A stretch of 63,708 nt of DNA, filler included, from Basidiobolus ranarum (lineage: Eukaryota), in assembly GCA_040143965.1 (NCBI GenBank). It is 19 parts of 19 records of this genome, joined end to end, with 100 filler letters (N's around TTAATTAATTAA, not from the genome) between each part and the next. Parts side by side here need not be neighbours in the genome. Positions count along the whole stretch, not along the records: positions 50,419 to 53,668 come from JASJQH010002615.1; positions 53,769 to 57,016 come from JASJQH010002616.1; positions 57,117 to 60,363 come from JASJQH010002617.1; positions 60,464 to 63,708 come from JASJQH010002618.1; 15 more parts are not named here. One strand, given 5' to 3'. The stretch's first letter is position 1; each line of letters begins with the position of its first letter. Below are positions 51,925 to 63,589 of this stretch, piece by piece. The translations under genes and the position numbers were made by a program. The notes under the pieces were generated by a model that worked only from the letters and a program-made list of their open reading frames with translations, was not told where the DNA came from and did not search any database.

Positions 51925-52235
51925 TGCTAAATTACTTTGGCACCTGTCAGAAGTGATTTGGAGAATATGAGATATTGGGGGTTTTACTTATTAATTTCTT
52001 GAGTTGACATTTATAGCACTGTCAGGATATAAGCAAACTAACATGTAGAATGTGTTAAGGAAGGTCTCAGGAACATGTGTGCAATATTTAGGGCTCTTTG
52101 AAAAATCTTTATATCTGAGAACTTCTAAGTAAATTCCTCTTGAGAATACTAGGTAATTTCTTGGTGAAATATTGGATAACTCAATAATAAGCTATATGTG
52201 ACTATATAGGTGTTTAGGCAATGCTTATTTCAACA
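51925..52235 (-). mobile_element. Solo LTR, copia family A, TSD GTTGC/GCTGC
   Basis: Aligns with 19310-19658, with a 4/5 flanking duplication. Confidence 0.8.
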
Positions 52236-53768
52236 GCTGCTTCAAATAAAGATAATTCAAAGTATTAATATGTATACATTCATAAAATTAGTGACTAGGG
52301 GTCATCTATAATTTTGTAATAATGAAGTACAAATTCATTAAGGTTATAAAAGTTTAAGTAGTATCAAAATTAAGAAAAGCCACTTTTCGATGAATGTTAT
52401 TACATCCAAATTATAATCACGACAAGCTATACTCGATATTTGTTAAGGGCACTTTCAAAAATCGAGGTGGTGAATAAAATTCTCTGATTGATTATGAATT
52501 GATGCGTTCAGCACTGTGAGAACACTCCTTGAAGTGTTTATATTGTGGTTCAAGTATATTCAGCCATGACTAAGTTAAGGTGGATTTGGTGAACAAAGAA
52601 TACATCAACTTGACTTACATATTCGTTAAATCTACACTATTAACGCTGACCAAATATAGTATACAAGTCACCAGCTATCCAGAACTCTCTAGCAAAGTAC
52701 TACAGCATGAAGCATATGGCACAGACTATAAGTCACATCAGATCGTTTTTGAAATCATATATCAATCCTTTCTATTAGGTACCAAAAGATCCCTTCCAGC
52801 CATTAAAACAAGAAAAGCATTTGTTTAATATTTAGGTGACATTGTGTACCGGGTTAAAAAAAGGTTGAGTTACATGTCTGTTGAGGAGCATTGAAAAGGA
52901 AATATGACATATCCCACTTGCTTTACAATCCGTTATTATCCTAAATAATCATCAACTTTTATAGAGCAACCTTGCTGATCATCACATTGTTTGGATTGGA
53001 ATGGCTTTATATCTTATTTATATACTCAGTTTTATCATATTTACTCTTTGAGTAAGTAGGTTTATTTATAGATTATCAACGCTTCAATTCTTAGTACTTT
53101 CCGGTTGATGGGTATTAAATTCTCCTTACTACCATTCTACTTGCTTTAAATGTTAGTTACCTAGAATGATGATGATTTTATTCATAACAAACAGGGGGAG
53201 GGAAATATCCTTAACTTAACTTAGTCTAGATGACTCTAAATGGTTTCAACTTTCGAACTGGACTGTTGTACGACTCTTCTTCAAGAACCTCCTTTTTAAG
53301 TCATGACAAAGTCATTGTTGTTTCTTTCATTTAAGCCTGAATTCTTGATATCAAATCAGGAACTAATCTATGAACGGTGAGTGAATTCAGCTATTGGAGG
53401 AAGAAGAAAGAATCCGATGGTAATACAAATAAGTTCTAGAAAATAATCGTTCATTCCAAATTAGTCAAACCGATGACTCTAATGCATATTCAATGATAAA
53501 TACACACGCGATGTTTACGCGATTGGCTACAAATTAGGTACCATGAAAGATTATCAAAATTAAAATAATCATCAAAATAAATTCGGGAGATATTTATGCC
53601 ATTGGACAAGTCTCTAGATATCTCGGAAAAAAATCCAGCATGGGAGGGGGTATAGAAATTACTATAAANNNNNNNNNNNNNNNNNNNNNNNNNNNNNNNN
53701 NNNNNNNNNNNNTTAATTAATTAANNNNNNNNNNNNNNNNNNNNNNNNNNNNNNNNNNNNNNNNNNNN

Positions 53769-53965
53769 CGAATGCATCTACCGAATGGACCGACATTCCC
53801 CAACCAGGAATCACTGGACCTTTGGCTTCTCCAGCTGCTAGTGTCCAAACTGTCGCCAAACCCGCTACTGATGCTAAGGGAACCACCAATGGCGCTTCTT
53901 TCACTAGCGCTACTGGTTCCACAATGCTTTTAGCCATTACTTTGGTAGCTGCATTTGCTCTTTAA
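53769..53965 (+). CDS. 3' end of a GPI-anchored cell-surface protein
   Basis: …KGTTNGASFTSATGSTMLLAITLVAAFAL*: an A/T/P-rich stalk, an omega-like NGA and a hydrophobic tail. Confidence 0.75.
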
Positions 53966-55040
53966 ATCATATCATGTACTAAATTGAACATCTAGGTGGT
54001 GGCATTTTGTATTCCTCTACTAACAAATAATCGAGTTTAAAGTCTTGTAACCACTCCTTAATAAAATTCATGAAGGCTTGTGGCCTAATTTACTATACAG
54101 TCGAATGAGGAATCTTTTGAAACTCTAATTACCAAATAACATTATTTGAAGTAACATGGCGGATCACATTAATTTCTCATCATGATGATAGTAAATCGAT
54201 GGTACTGTCACTGGAAACTGTACCAGTCAAGTCTTACGCGATGGTTTCCTAAAACCAAATGAGTATAGTGTATGAGTTCATAATGTAAGACATTCATATT
54301 ATATGAATAATGATATTGTTGAAGAAAAGCTTATGGATTGTTAGGTGAAGATGTATCCGTGACATACTTTAAGTTAGACGATCCTATTCTGGCTTTATAG
54401 GTAACTCTCAATCACAATCCGGAAGCACCCATTCAATATGGAGATATTCTCGTTTATATAGTATTGAAAGAGAGATGTACGTGTTAAAAGAAATAGCTCA
54501 GGTCACTTTTAACTTGATTGATTTTATTATAGTGCTTGGCTAGGATTGAACCATTTTAGAGCGCTTTACTATATTTGTAGGACTTAATCAAGAATTGTAT
54601 TAAACCCCAAGGTCAAGGTTTCTCAGAAGTAACTAGTTTAAACTGCACCACCTATCAATAAGTTAGAGACTTTACCAACTCCTGCGTAAAACGTCATTTG
54701 GAATACAACTAGTAATATTTGCTGCTTTAAGCCTAGTATACAACATGGTAAAGTGGGTATACATGAATAGAGGTAATTTAATTACCCTACCAAATAATGA
54801 AGTAAAGAATAAGTATCGTTCCTTCTTGATAGATAAATACATCTAAAGTTCACATCTTTAATCAAGTGGACCATATTCCAATTATCAAGCATTATCTTCA
54901 GTCCAAGTGTTGGCTCTGTATACAAGCGTGGATTATAATATGTGTTAGTAGATAAGGAATTCATTCAACTTACCCTTTCTAAACTTGGATCTCTACTGAA
55001 AGAAGTCGATGATTGTTGAGTTCTAAAATGGACATATACG

Positions 55041-56959
55041 CTATCGCTCATAACTGATTAATTTTTTTCCATGCATTTTTTCAAATGACAATATCCCGTC
55101 ATTTACTCCATATTTTAACGTGCTATTTGTCACACTGCTTAAGCATAGCCCAAATGATAGTTCTTGATGTTATGAAGGTGATTCTATCAATCTTGGCAGA
55201 GTTATACACCCTAATATTCAGTGCATGAGTGTAACATGTTTTTTACACTAAAGTTATACACTATCAGCTATGTTTCTAAATTCTACATTATGTAGGAGCC
55301 AAAATTTTAGTGTTATGACTTTAACTATGGTCATTACATGTCCCATTTAAACCTTGATGGATAGCACCAAGTATACCTATCAAAACCAATGAATGTTGGA
55401 TAGGAGCTTTGTCAAGGTAGAAGAAGCTCAATATTGTAAAATTCTACATATTGACAACTATTTTAACTTCATATATATAAAGAAAATGCTGCTTTTCAGC
55501 CATCAATACATTATATGCTACTTTGGAAGCAATATTTTCCTGCAACATCTTCATAGTTTGCTAAATATGTTGGAATTAGCATTGTCTATACACCTATAGC
55601 GTCATATATAGCCCAGTACTTAGTTGTGGTATATTTCACCAAAATATCACCCATAATTCTCAATGGAATATACTCAGAAGTTCTCAGATATATAGATTTT
55701 AAACCTGTGCTAGAGGCCCCAAACTTCCCATACATGTTCCGGGGACCTTCCTTGAGACCTTTTACCCACTAGTAGGTTCTTATCTTGACAAAATTATAAA
55801 TGTCAACTTTCCAATTAATAAGTCAACAAGTCAACACCACTAATTTCTCTAATTCTCCAAACCACTTCCAACAGGCTCCCAAAATACTTTAACAAAATGT
55901 TGGAGAAAAAGAATGTCTGTATTAGAGATAAAGCTTGAAGGGGCCGTGTTCTGTATTCCTTATAGCTGCAAATAAATGCTCCAAAATGAACTCCATTCAA
56001 TGGACTGTATCCAATAACTTGACAAATTGTGTACAAGCCGATTGAATGGACAGAGGTGGTGCCAAAATCTTTGAAGTTGGGAGCAAAAATTAGTGGAACT
56101 ATTATGTCACACTCATACATTTGGGATCATTGGAACTTAAGAATAAGAGTCTGGTGTGTACTAGAACACTAAATTTTATGTTCAGCCTAATAGCTACATC
56201 CTCATTAATGTAACATTCGAGATTCAAAATTTAATAATTTAAACAAGTAGTGGCGACTTCTCAGAGTTTACTCCAGCACATTAAATGCAATCTTTCAGGC
56301 TGTCTGAGATATTCCACCAAATAGAGCTCTTTTTGATGCATACATTTGCTGCTATATCAGAAACAGAAGATATCCCCTCCAAGTTTTATTTCTGATATAG
56401 ACATTGTTTTACGCCCCATTGAGCAAATTATGAGGATGTTGAGGGAAAATATTGCTTCCAAAGTAGCATTTAATGTATTGATGGCTGAAAAGCAGCATTT
56501 TCTTTATGTATATGAAGTTAAAATAGTTGTCAATATGTAGAATTTTACAATATTGAGCTTCTTCTACCTTGATAAAACTCCTATCCAACATTCATTGGTT
56601 GTGATAGGTATACTTGATGCTATCCATCAAGGTTTAAATGGGACATGTAATGACCATGGTTACAGTCATAACATTGAAATTTTGGCTCTTATATAATGTA
56701 GAATTTAGAAACATAGCTGATAGTTTATAACTTGAGTGTAAAAGACATGTTGCACTCAAAACTGATTCACTAACTGCACTGAATATAAGTGTGTATAACA
56801 TCACCAAGATTGATGGAGTCACCTTCATAACATAAAGAACTACCATTTGGGCTATGCTTAAGGAGTGTGACAAAGAGCACGTTAAAACATGAAGTGAATG
56901 GCGAGATGCTGTCATGTGAAAAAATGCATGGCAAAAAATGAATCAGTTTTGAGCAATAG
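55041..56959. repeat. Large diverged inverted repeat: arms 55041-55567 and 56417-56959
   Basis: The arms are reverse complements. ORF-track peptides 55393-55599(+) and 56409-56591(-) are nearly identical. Confidence 0.9.
55568..55894 (+). mobile_element. Solo LTR, copia family A, TSD AAATA/AAATG
   Basis: TGTTG…TTAACA termini and a 4/5 flanking duplication. Confidence 0.82.
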
Positions 56960-57116
56960 TTTGCATACCAACATAGCAAGATTTCTGCTTTTAATAGGGC
57001 ATCATGAAGTACCAATNNNNNNNNNNNNNNNNNNNNNNNNNNNNNNNNNNNNNNNNNNNNTTAATTAATTAANNNNNNNNNNNNNNNNNNNNNNNNNNNN
57101 NNNNNNNNNNNNNNNN

Positions 57117-58092
57117 AAACAGTGATCATCTCAGGAAGAGGGTTCTTGGGTCCAATCTTACCTGAAGGAACCCAGTCCAACATAATCTTGACCTTGATAC
57201 CAACAACACCTTGACGAAGAAGAACGTGACGAACGGCAGTGGTGATGTAATCACGGACAGGTTGTCCGGAGTGGATCATGAAACCGTCAGAGAACTTCAT
57301 AGCCTTAGCACGGGCAGCACGAAGCTTACCAGAGATAACAACTTCGCAACCCTTAGCACCGGACTCCATAGCAAAACGAAGAACAGAGTAAGCGGCACGA
57401 CGAACGGCAAGACCAGCGATCAACTTGTAACGTACAGATTCGCATTGAGCAATAGCACAGAGACCACGGTTAGCAACACGTTCAGCGTAAAGTTCAACAG
57501 TGTTTTCAGGGAAGTTGAAACGTTTTTGAACAACTGAAGTCAATTCACGAATACGACGTCCTTTCTCTCCAAGAACATCTTGGGTGCGAGTGGCACGGAT
57601 AATGATCTCGGTACGAGCGGGGGTAACACGGACCTCAACACCGGCGTAACCCTCTTCGGCAAGTTCACGGGTGAAGAACTCATTGAGTTCGGCATAGAAA
57701 ACGCCATCAGCGACGAACTGTGTAAAAGTAATGAGGTCAGAACATATATAGTAGAAATGATGGGATTTTAAAAAGAAGCAAGATGGTCGCGGTTCATCAG
57801 TACTAAAACTAAGGTACGTGCATTATGCCACATTCCCGAAGGCAGGCATTCAAACAAGAGGTGTCAGAAATGCTATAGTATCATCAGTTGTAACCGCTTC
57901 CATAATCTTCAAATGTCCAGATTCATCCATCAAGTTTTAACAAAACCATCCATCAAGAATACACCATCACTGTTCATGAGGAGCCGACTGTTTAGTCGAC
58001 TGACGGTTTACTTCTGGACATTTTGAGCTATGTATTCTGTTATATGTGTAAATACAAGTTACCTTTCTCTTCTTAGAGATCTGAGCAGCCAT
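57117..58092 (-). CDS. RPS3: 40S ribosomal protein S3 (uS3), exons 58092-58063 and 57717->57117 (3'-truncated)
   Basis: [24 protein letters not shown]…GLCAIAQ…[19 protein letters not shown]. 345-nt GT-AG intron. Confidence 0.98.
57789..57897 (-). ncRNA. Candidate intronic box C/D snoRNA
   Basis: Terminal stem GCGGTT/AACCGC, C box TGATGA (57886-57881), D' CTGA (57867-57864), D box CTGA (57800-57797). Sits in a long ribosomal-protein intron. Confidence 0.7.
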
Positions 58093-58213
58093 GTTCGATG
58101 TAAAGAAGGACTACACCAAATGCAATTTTTTCGCAATTATACTCGACCGATACACTAACTGAAAACTATCCGATTGATCTCAAAAATCACCATATTGTAG
58201 GGGTAGATTATCC

Positions 58214-58291
58214 ATTGATTGGTCCATTAAATTGATTGGAATCACGTGAATGAATGAGGAGATCTTCACAACGAATTAACCCTAACCCTAA
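58214..58291. promoter_or_regulatory. Bidirectional promoter motifs: two ATTGATTGG (CCAAT boxes), ATCACGTGA (Cbf1-type), TAACCCTAACCCTAA (telo-box/Tbf1-type)
   Basis: Motifs read directly between the divergent RPS3 and 58518 genes. Confidence 0.5.
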
Positions 58292-58517
58292 TATCGTTCT
58301 ACGATGCTTGCTGATCATGCATATAATTCACTACTAATCCAATCGTTATAAATACTTCGTTGGCGAGATTGAACCAAATAGATATCAATTACCAGTGATT
58401 TGATCAGATTAGAGAGCTTACTTGAGGATAGCAAAAGCACGAGTGATGGACTATCCCCTATTTCACTTCCATAGTCTTTAGCATAGGCAATATCTTTAAC
58501 CTAATTAACCAATACAA

Positions 58518-59785
58518 ATGTCTGATATGGATGATGTGGTGCGTTCCATCGCAAATACCTCACTGAAGTTACTGCTTGGTTCGCGATATACGGAACTCTT
58601 GGGGATGTCAAGTGACGAGTTATTTCAGCGTGCACAATTACTATCTGAACCAAATCTTTCTAAACAACAAGAATTTCAACTTTTTCAGTGGAGTCATGGA
58701 ATTAAATACGAAGAATTGGCTAAATGTAAAAGTGAACTGGACTATTCCGTTCCTGTGAGATATAAGCGGTTCGACTCAAATGATTTAAGAGCCTATGTGG
58801 AGATCCAGAAGGAAAAGGAAGAAGAAAAGGAAGGTTTAGGGATTATGCTGAGGTTGGAGGAAGGATGGGTGTATTTCGATGTATGTAGAGACTTGAGTTC
58901 TCAAGATAAACTGGAGTGGACAGTTTCAATTGAAGAAGCTGAAGAGAAATTTCACAGCAACGACAAGGTAAGATTAATTGGATATCTGTACATATATATA
59001 CCATTAAGATTGATACAATTCTCACATAATTGTAATTGCTTTTCAAATCCGTTTAGAATACTGAACGTAATCAAACCATAGAAGAAGAGGAGGCTGATTA
59101 TTGGGCTCAGTATGGACAACTATCCGATAGTGAGGATAAAGAGCAAAAAGAAGATGGTAGCAAAAATGAAGAGCAGGATTACTGGTCACAGTATGATCAA
59201 GTTGATTCGGCATTAGATCAGACTGAAGTAGGCGCCGAGCCTTTCAAGAGCTTGAGTCAGCATGAGGACAAGTACGTGGAATTGGAGGTATCGGATGACT
59301 TTCTGAAGGAATTGGAAAGTATTGAGAAGGAGGAGTTGCTAAACAACGACAATCAATCTGTGTCCGTGAAAGAAAACGAAGACGAATTCATTCAAATATC
59401 TGCATCTACTCCTATTGAGTTAAAGAATGATACCGACTCTGAGGATGGGGCCTTTTCACCACCCCAACTCGTTTCACCGGTACTGCCATCAAACCAAAAG
59501 ACATTGGCGCAGTATTCCTCGCCACAAGCACCGCTCAATCCACCGCATCCACGCAACATCACAGTGCCAGATTCTGAAATGGCCTCACGCTTAGACCTTA
59601 CCACAATGCTAACGTTTGCGATGGGAAATATCAATAATTTACAAAGCCAGCAATCGCAGTGGAAACCATTAATCTCGCAGTTGTTAAAAACCAGCAAGGA
59701 CATGGCCAAGCTAGCTGGCCTCTCTGATATTGAAATCTCAGAACTGTTGCATGATGCATATGGAGATATACTTCCCAACCTGTAG
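58518..59785 (+). CDS. Acidic fungal hypothetical protein, 2 exons (58518-58967, 59057-59785), about 392 aa
   Basis: A GTAAG…TAG intron joins the frames. Repeated DYWxQY motifs in an acidic region. Confidence 0.75.
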
Positions 59786-59854
59786 CCTAGAAATGGCCAT
59801 TTGTCACTTGCCACTCGCCACCTGATCCACACTTTCTGTATTTGTGTATATACT

Positions 59855-59968
59855 CTAATCCTAATCCTAACCATAGCCCTAGCCCTAGCCCCTATATGGA
59901 TTAAACAGATTGGTGTGTAATTTTCTTATTCTGCCCAATAAATACTCAAATACGAAACCTAACCCTAA
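59855..59968. repeat. Degenerate telomere-like hexamers (CTAATC/CTAACC/CTAGCC) upstream of EFL
   Basis: CTAATCCTAATCCTAACCATAGCCCTAGCCCTAGCCC and AACCTAACCCTAA. Confidence 0.55.
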
Positions 59969-60204
59969 GATATGAAAACCCCACTCATATATGATCTTGA
60001 TCTGATGAGAAATTTTATTGATTCCGCAAGGCCAATCATCCACCTTTCCAAAAATTTGATGGTTTTGTGATTGGAGGCCCAATCAAAAGAGTTAGCACTA
60101 TTGATTTTTTTTTCATTTTTTTTCTTAAGGGGATTATCTTGATATAAATACATGTCATCCATACAGGCTATTCTTTGTCACATCGACTAAATCAATTTCA
60201 CGTC

Positions 60205-60363
60205 ATGTCATCTGCCACTGATAACAAGCAACATCTTTCCATCGTCATTTGCGGTCACGTCGATTCCGGTAAGTCTACCACTACCGGTCGTCTTCTCTTC
60301 GAACTCGGTGGTATCCCCGAGCGTGAGATGGACAAGTTGAAGCAAGAAGCCGAACGTCTTGGT
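60205..60363 (+). CDS. EFL: Elongation factor-like GTPase (EFL), 5' fragment
   Basis: [32 protein letters not shown] is EFL-type. Canonical eEF1A has [31 protein letters not shown]. Confidence 0.9.
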
Positions 60364-60463
60364 NNNNNNNNNNNNNNNNNNNNNNNNNNNNNNNNNNNNN
60401 NNNNNNNTTAATTAATTAANNNNNNNNNNNNNNNNNNNNNNNNNNNNNNNNNNNNNNNNNNNN

Positions 60464-61583
60464 CATTCCGGTGCAAGACAGAGACTCGGCTCCCTCCCCG
60501 AAATATTCCACAATATGACCAGTACCGCCCTATTATATATAGTAGTTGATTTCCGGTTAGTACAGTATAGCGCATTGGTGTCAAATCTGTAGTCGTACCC
60601 GAACTGTAAGTTGTCCAGCCAAATGTAAAATAACATCCTTGGGACTAGTCCAAGCATTAAGCTGGCCGTTTAACTTCACGCCAATAACCTTGGGTGCTTT
60701 CAATTCCCATGGAATATCTGCCATAGCATCTACTGCATCAGCACCTCCCACGCCAATTGCTAACATTCCTAATCCACCAGCATTTGGAGTGTGGGAATCA
60801 GTACCCAACATTAAAATACCTGGAGCAGCATAGTTTTCTAGCACGATCTGGTGGATAATTCCACTTCCAGGTCTCCAAAATTCAATGCCATACTTCTTTG
60901 CAGCACTCTCCAGAAAATCAAAGATTTCTTTGTTGGTAACTAAAGCACTTTCCACGTCCTTATCGGCCCCTTGGAAAGCTTCAATTAAATGATCGCAATG
61001 AATGGAACTGGGTACCGCAGTAGTCTTCATTCCAGAGAGCATGAATTGTAATATAGCCATTTGGGCGGAAGCATCTTATAAGGTATAGGTTGAGTATATC
61101 TGTTAAAATAATTACATTTCTAAAAAGCATTTTTTCAGTTACCTTGCATTGCCACACGGTCTACAAGATAAGAAAGAATCAGTAAGCTAGCTTTGGTATG
61201 AGCATTTCAAGCAACTACTAAGAACTAACCTGGCTTGAGTTTTAGATATGTTTCTCCCTTCTTAGGAAGACCTTCACTTGGATCGTTCAAATGAGAGTAC
61301 AGAATTTTTTCCGCCAAAGTAAGCTTCTGGCCATCAGAAGTCTTTCTAACTTGTTCCAAATTTTTGGTTAATCTATCATAGGCAGGTATCAGACGAGAAC
61401 AGTCTTTAGGAGTAGGTACAGTGACATGAGTTGCCAAAGTTCTGATGCTCTAGGAAAGTGCAAATAAAATGAACAGGTTTAGAGTCACATAACTTAGGTA
61501 CTCAGCATATAGGCGGTACACATAAATTCAAAGAGACTTACGCTTCCTAAAGGATTTCTAAGACTTAACAGCTTTGTTACCAT
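60464..61583 (-). CDS. ACO2: Mitochondrial ACO2-type aconitase/homocitrate dehydratase, 5' part; exons 61583-61542, 61449-61230, 61160-61143, 61074-60599, 60529->60464
   Basis: [61 protein letters not shown] and HLAG…TVR are ACO2-like. Confidence 0.9.
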
Positions 61584-63589
61584 GATAGATAGGGGGTATA
61601 GCTACAGAGCGAAAGAATAGTGTTTTGAGGAGAGCTTACAGACTAGTATTTAAATGGCTGCACTCAAAAACATGTGGAAATATATTTTTGTTTCAATGAA
61701 AATAAGTGCTTAGTTACCCCACAGAATTCGAACACTAATGATTGCTTTCAGCAAGACGTAATAGGTACTCATTCTCAGTCATTCCTGTAAAAATCACATA
61801 TAAGGTTACACGATCAACAATCTGTGCTTTTAATCGTGACTACTGGTTTATCGAACTCCTATTTCCAAAGATGGTACTTCGGGTATCGATATTTATCATG
61901 TGTGTGTTTTCAGATTACTCATATTACCGAATGCACGAGAAGTAACCCGGATGCCCAGCATGCGTAGAAGACTACAGCTGGTTTACTAGAGATACTGCAC
62001 ATCATTTGGGCATGTTCAGCCTCCAGTTCAAGGCATGCTATGCAGTCCCACCTGAAATCCGGGACAATAATCCATCCTTTGATAGGACCCGCATTGGCAT
62101 TAGGTGCTCTAGATTAAGATATCTGAGATGATACTGGATGATTCATCCATGGATCACGATGACTCCTTTTTGTGTACAGGCCAACCTCCAATTCATCCAT
62201 GCAATTTCTTATCCGCGACGTTTATTTTGAAACAAAATCATCACCGCATGTGCTCAGATTCACCCTAGTAACAATAAGCTAGTGAATATTACTGGTTGGT
62301 TATGATGCAAAAATTGTCAATGATTAATTTTATTCACAAGTGTAGGATTAGATTTAACTAAACCTCACAACTAGCATTTTCGTTGTGGAATTCATATATC
62401 ACGTGACATTGGAGTTAGCTTGGTTGAGAGTACTATTTGATTCGCCTGATGAAATGGCCAAGAGATCTTCAACCCTAACAATAACATATGACATTATACG
62501 GCTTCTTCAGATACTGCTTCCCGGCTGTCGTGATGAAAGGGTCGATTAAGATATAGCCGAATCTTACGCTCAGTTACAAGAACTAGTTGTGTGACTTGAC
62601 CTTTGTCAACAATGGGATTTGGCAGTATCGTTCAATGTGGTTTTTCCAATTGAGGTGAGAACATGTGTGAGGTCAGGAGACCACTCATCCAAAAGGTCAC
62701 GTCGGCTACTTATTCTCCAAAGGTAGTTCACTTCCACGATAAATGCCCACCTAAACTTTATTAGAAGCCTATGGCGCACAAGAGGAATTCTGAGTAGCCA
62801 TTCATCCAAGCAAAAGGCTACAGCTGATGAATGCTACGAGGAATTTCCTGAAGGCCAAACCTTTAATCTGGTACGTGACACTCCTTATCCTAAGTGGCTG
62901 CATATCTATAGTTTCAGAGCGCAAGCAAACAATATAACTCTATCATCTACCTCTCTAACTGTTGACTGCGATCATTAGACAGTGAGCATGGACCTTGGTA
63001 TAGTAGAATCTCGATGCATGTGGTGTAAAGAAAATCCGCAGCATCTCATATATATAGGACTTTTTTGTTGTTACTCTTTATGACCCTTAATAGATGGTGA
63101 GGTCCTTACATCTCCAGCTATGCTGGGTTTCTAGATCATCTGGGATATATCATTGATATATCGATCTGACCCAGGTATTTGTTTTCCAAACGTGAGAAAG
63201 TGGAAAAATTCCCAATAAATTTCGAATTTCTTAAAGATACAGTTAAACGCCAAAAGTTAATGAAAATTAGTATTGAGGTTAATAATTTTCCTTGGCATTT
63301 AAATCCTTAAGTCCACTATCCAACAATTTGTGGTTGAATCTCTGGATGTGAAATCGCATGACAGTCCAGTTTAAATAAATCTTTTCGCTGTTACTGATCA
63401 CATCAACATCACCATTAGTAGAATATTCTTATGTTAGTCTCTTGTGCAACGCCACCTATACTACTGGCTTCAACAGTGGGCAATTCACTATATAAGAGTG
63501 TCCAAACTTCAACTACTCTTCAGTAAGCTAACAGCAGACAGCAACTACTACAGCTATACCCCCTTCGAACACCTTGAGAAGCGAACACT

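Noticed and set aside
53713-53937. Minus-strand 74-aa ORF in the track
   Set aside because: The plus strand encodes a clear GPI-signal C-terminus, so the minus ORF is its shadow.
57800-57815. U6 snRNA as target of the snoRNA D-box guide (TTTTAGTA vs UACUAAAA)
   Set aside because: Only about 8 canonical pairs, and this organism's U6 sequence is unknown.
59855-59892. True telomere
   Set aside because: Short, degenerate and internal, between two genes.
3272-60463. Regularly spaced TTAATTAATTAA 'repeats' and apparent gene neighbourhoods across them
   Set aside because: These are assembly spacers between size-sorted contigs, so cross-spacer clusters are artefacts.
62606-62809. ORF between ACO2 and allantoicase
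   Set aside because: TTG start, no recognisable motifs and no supportable exon structure.
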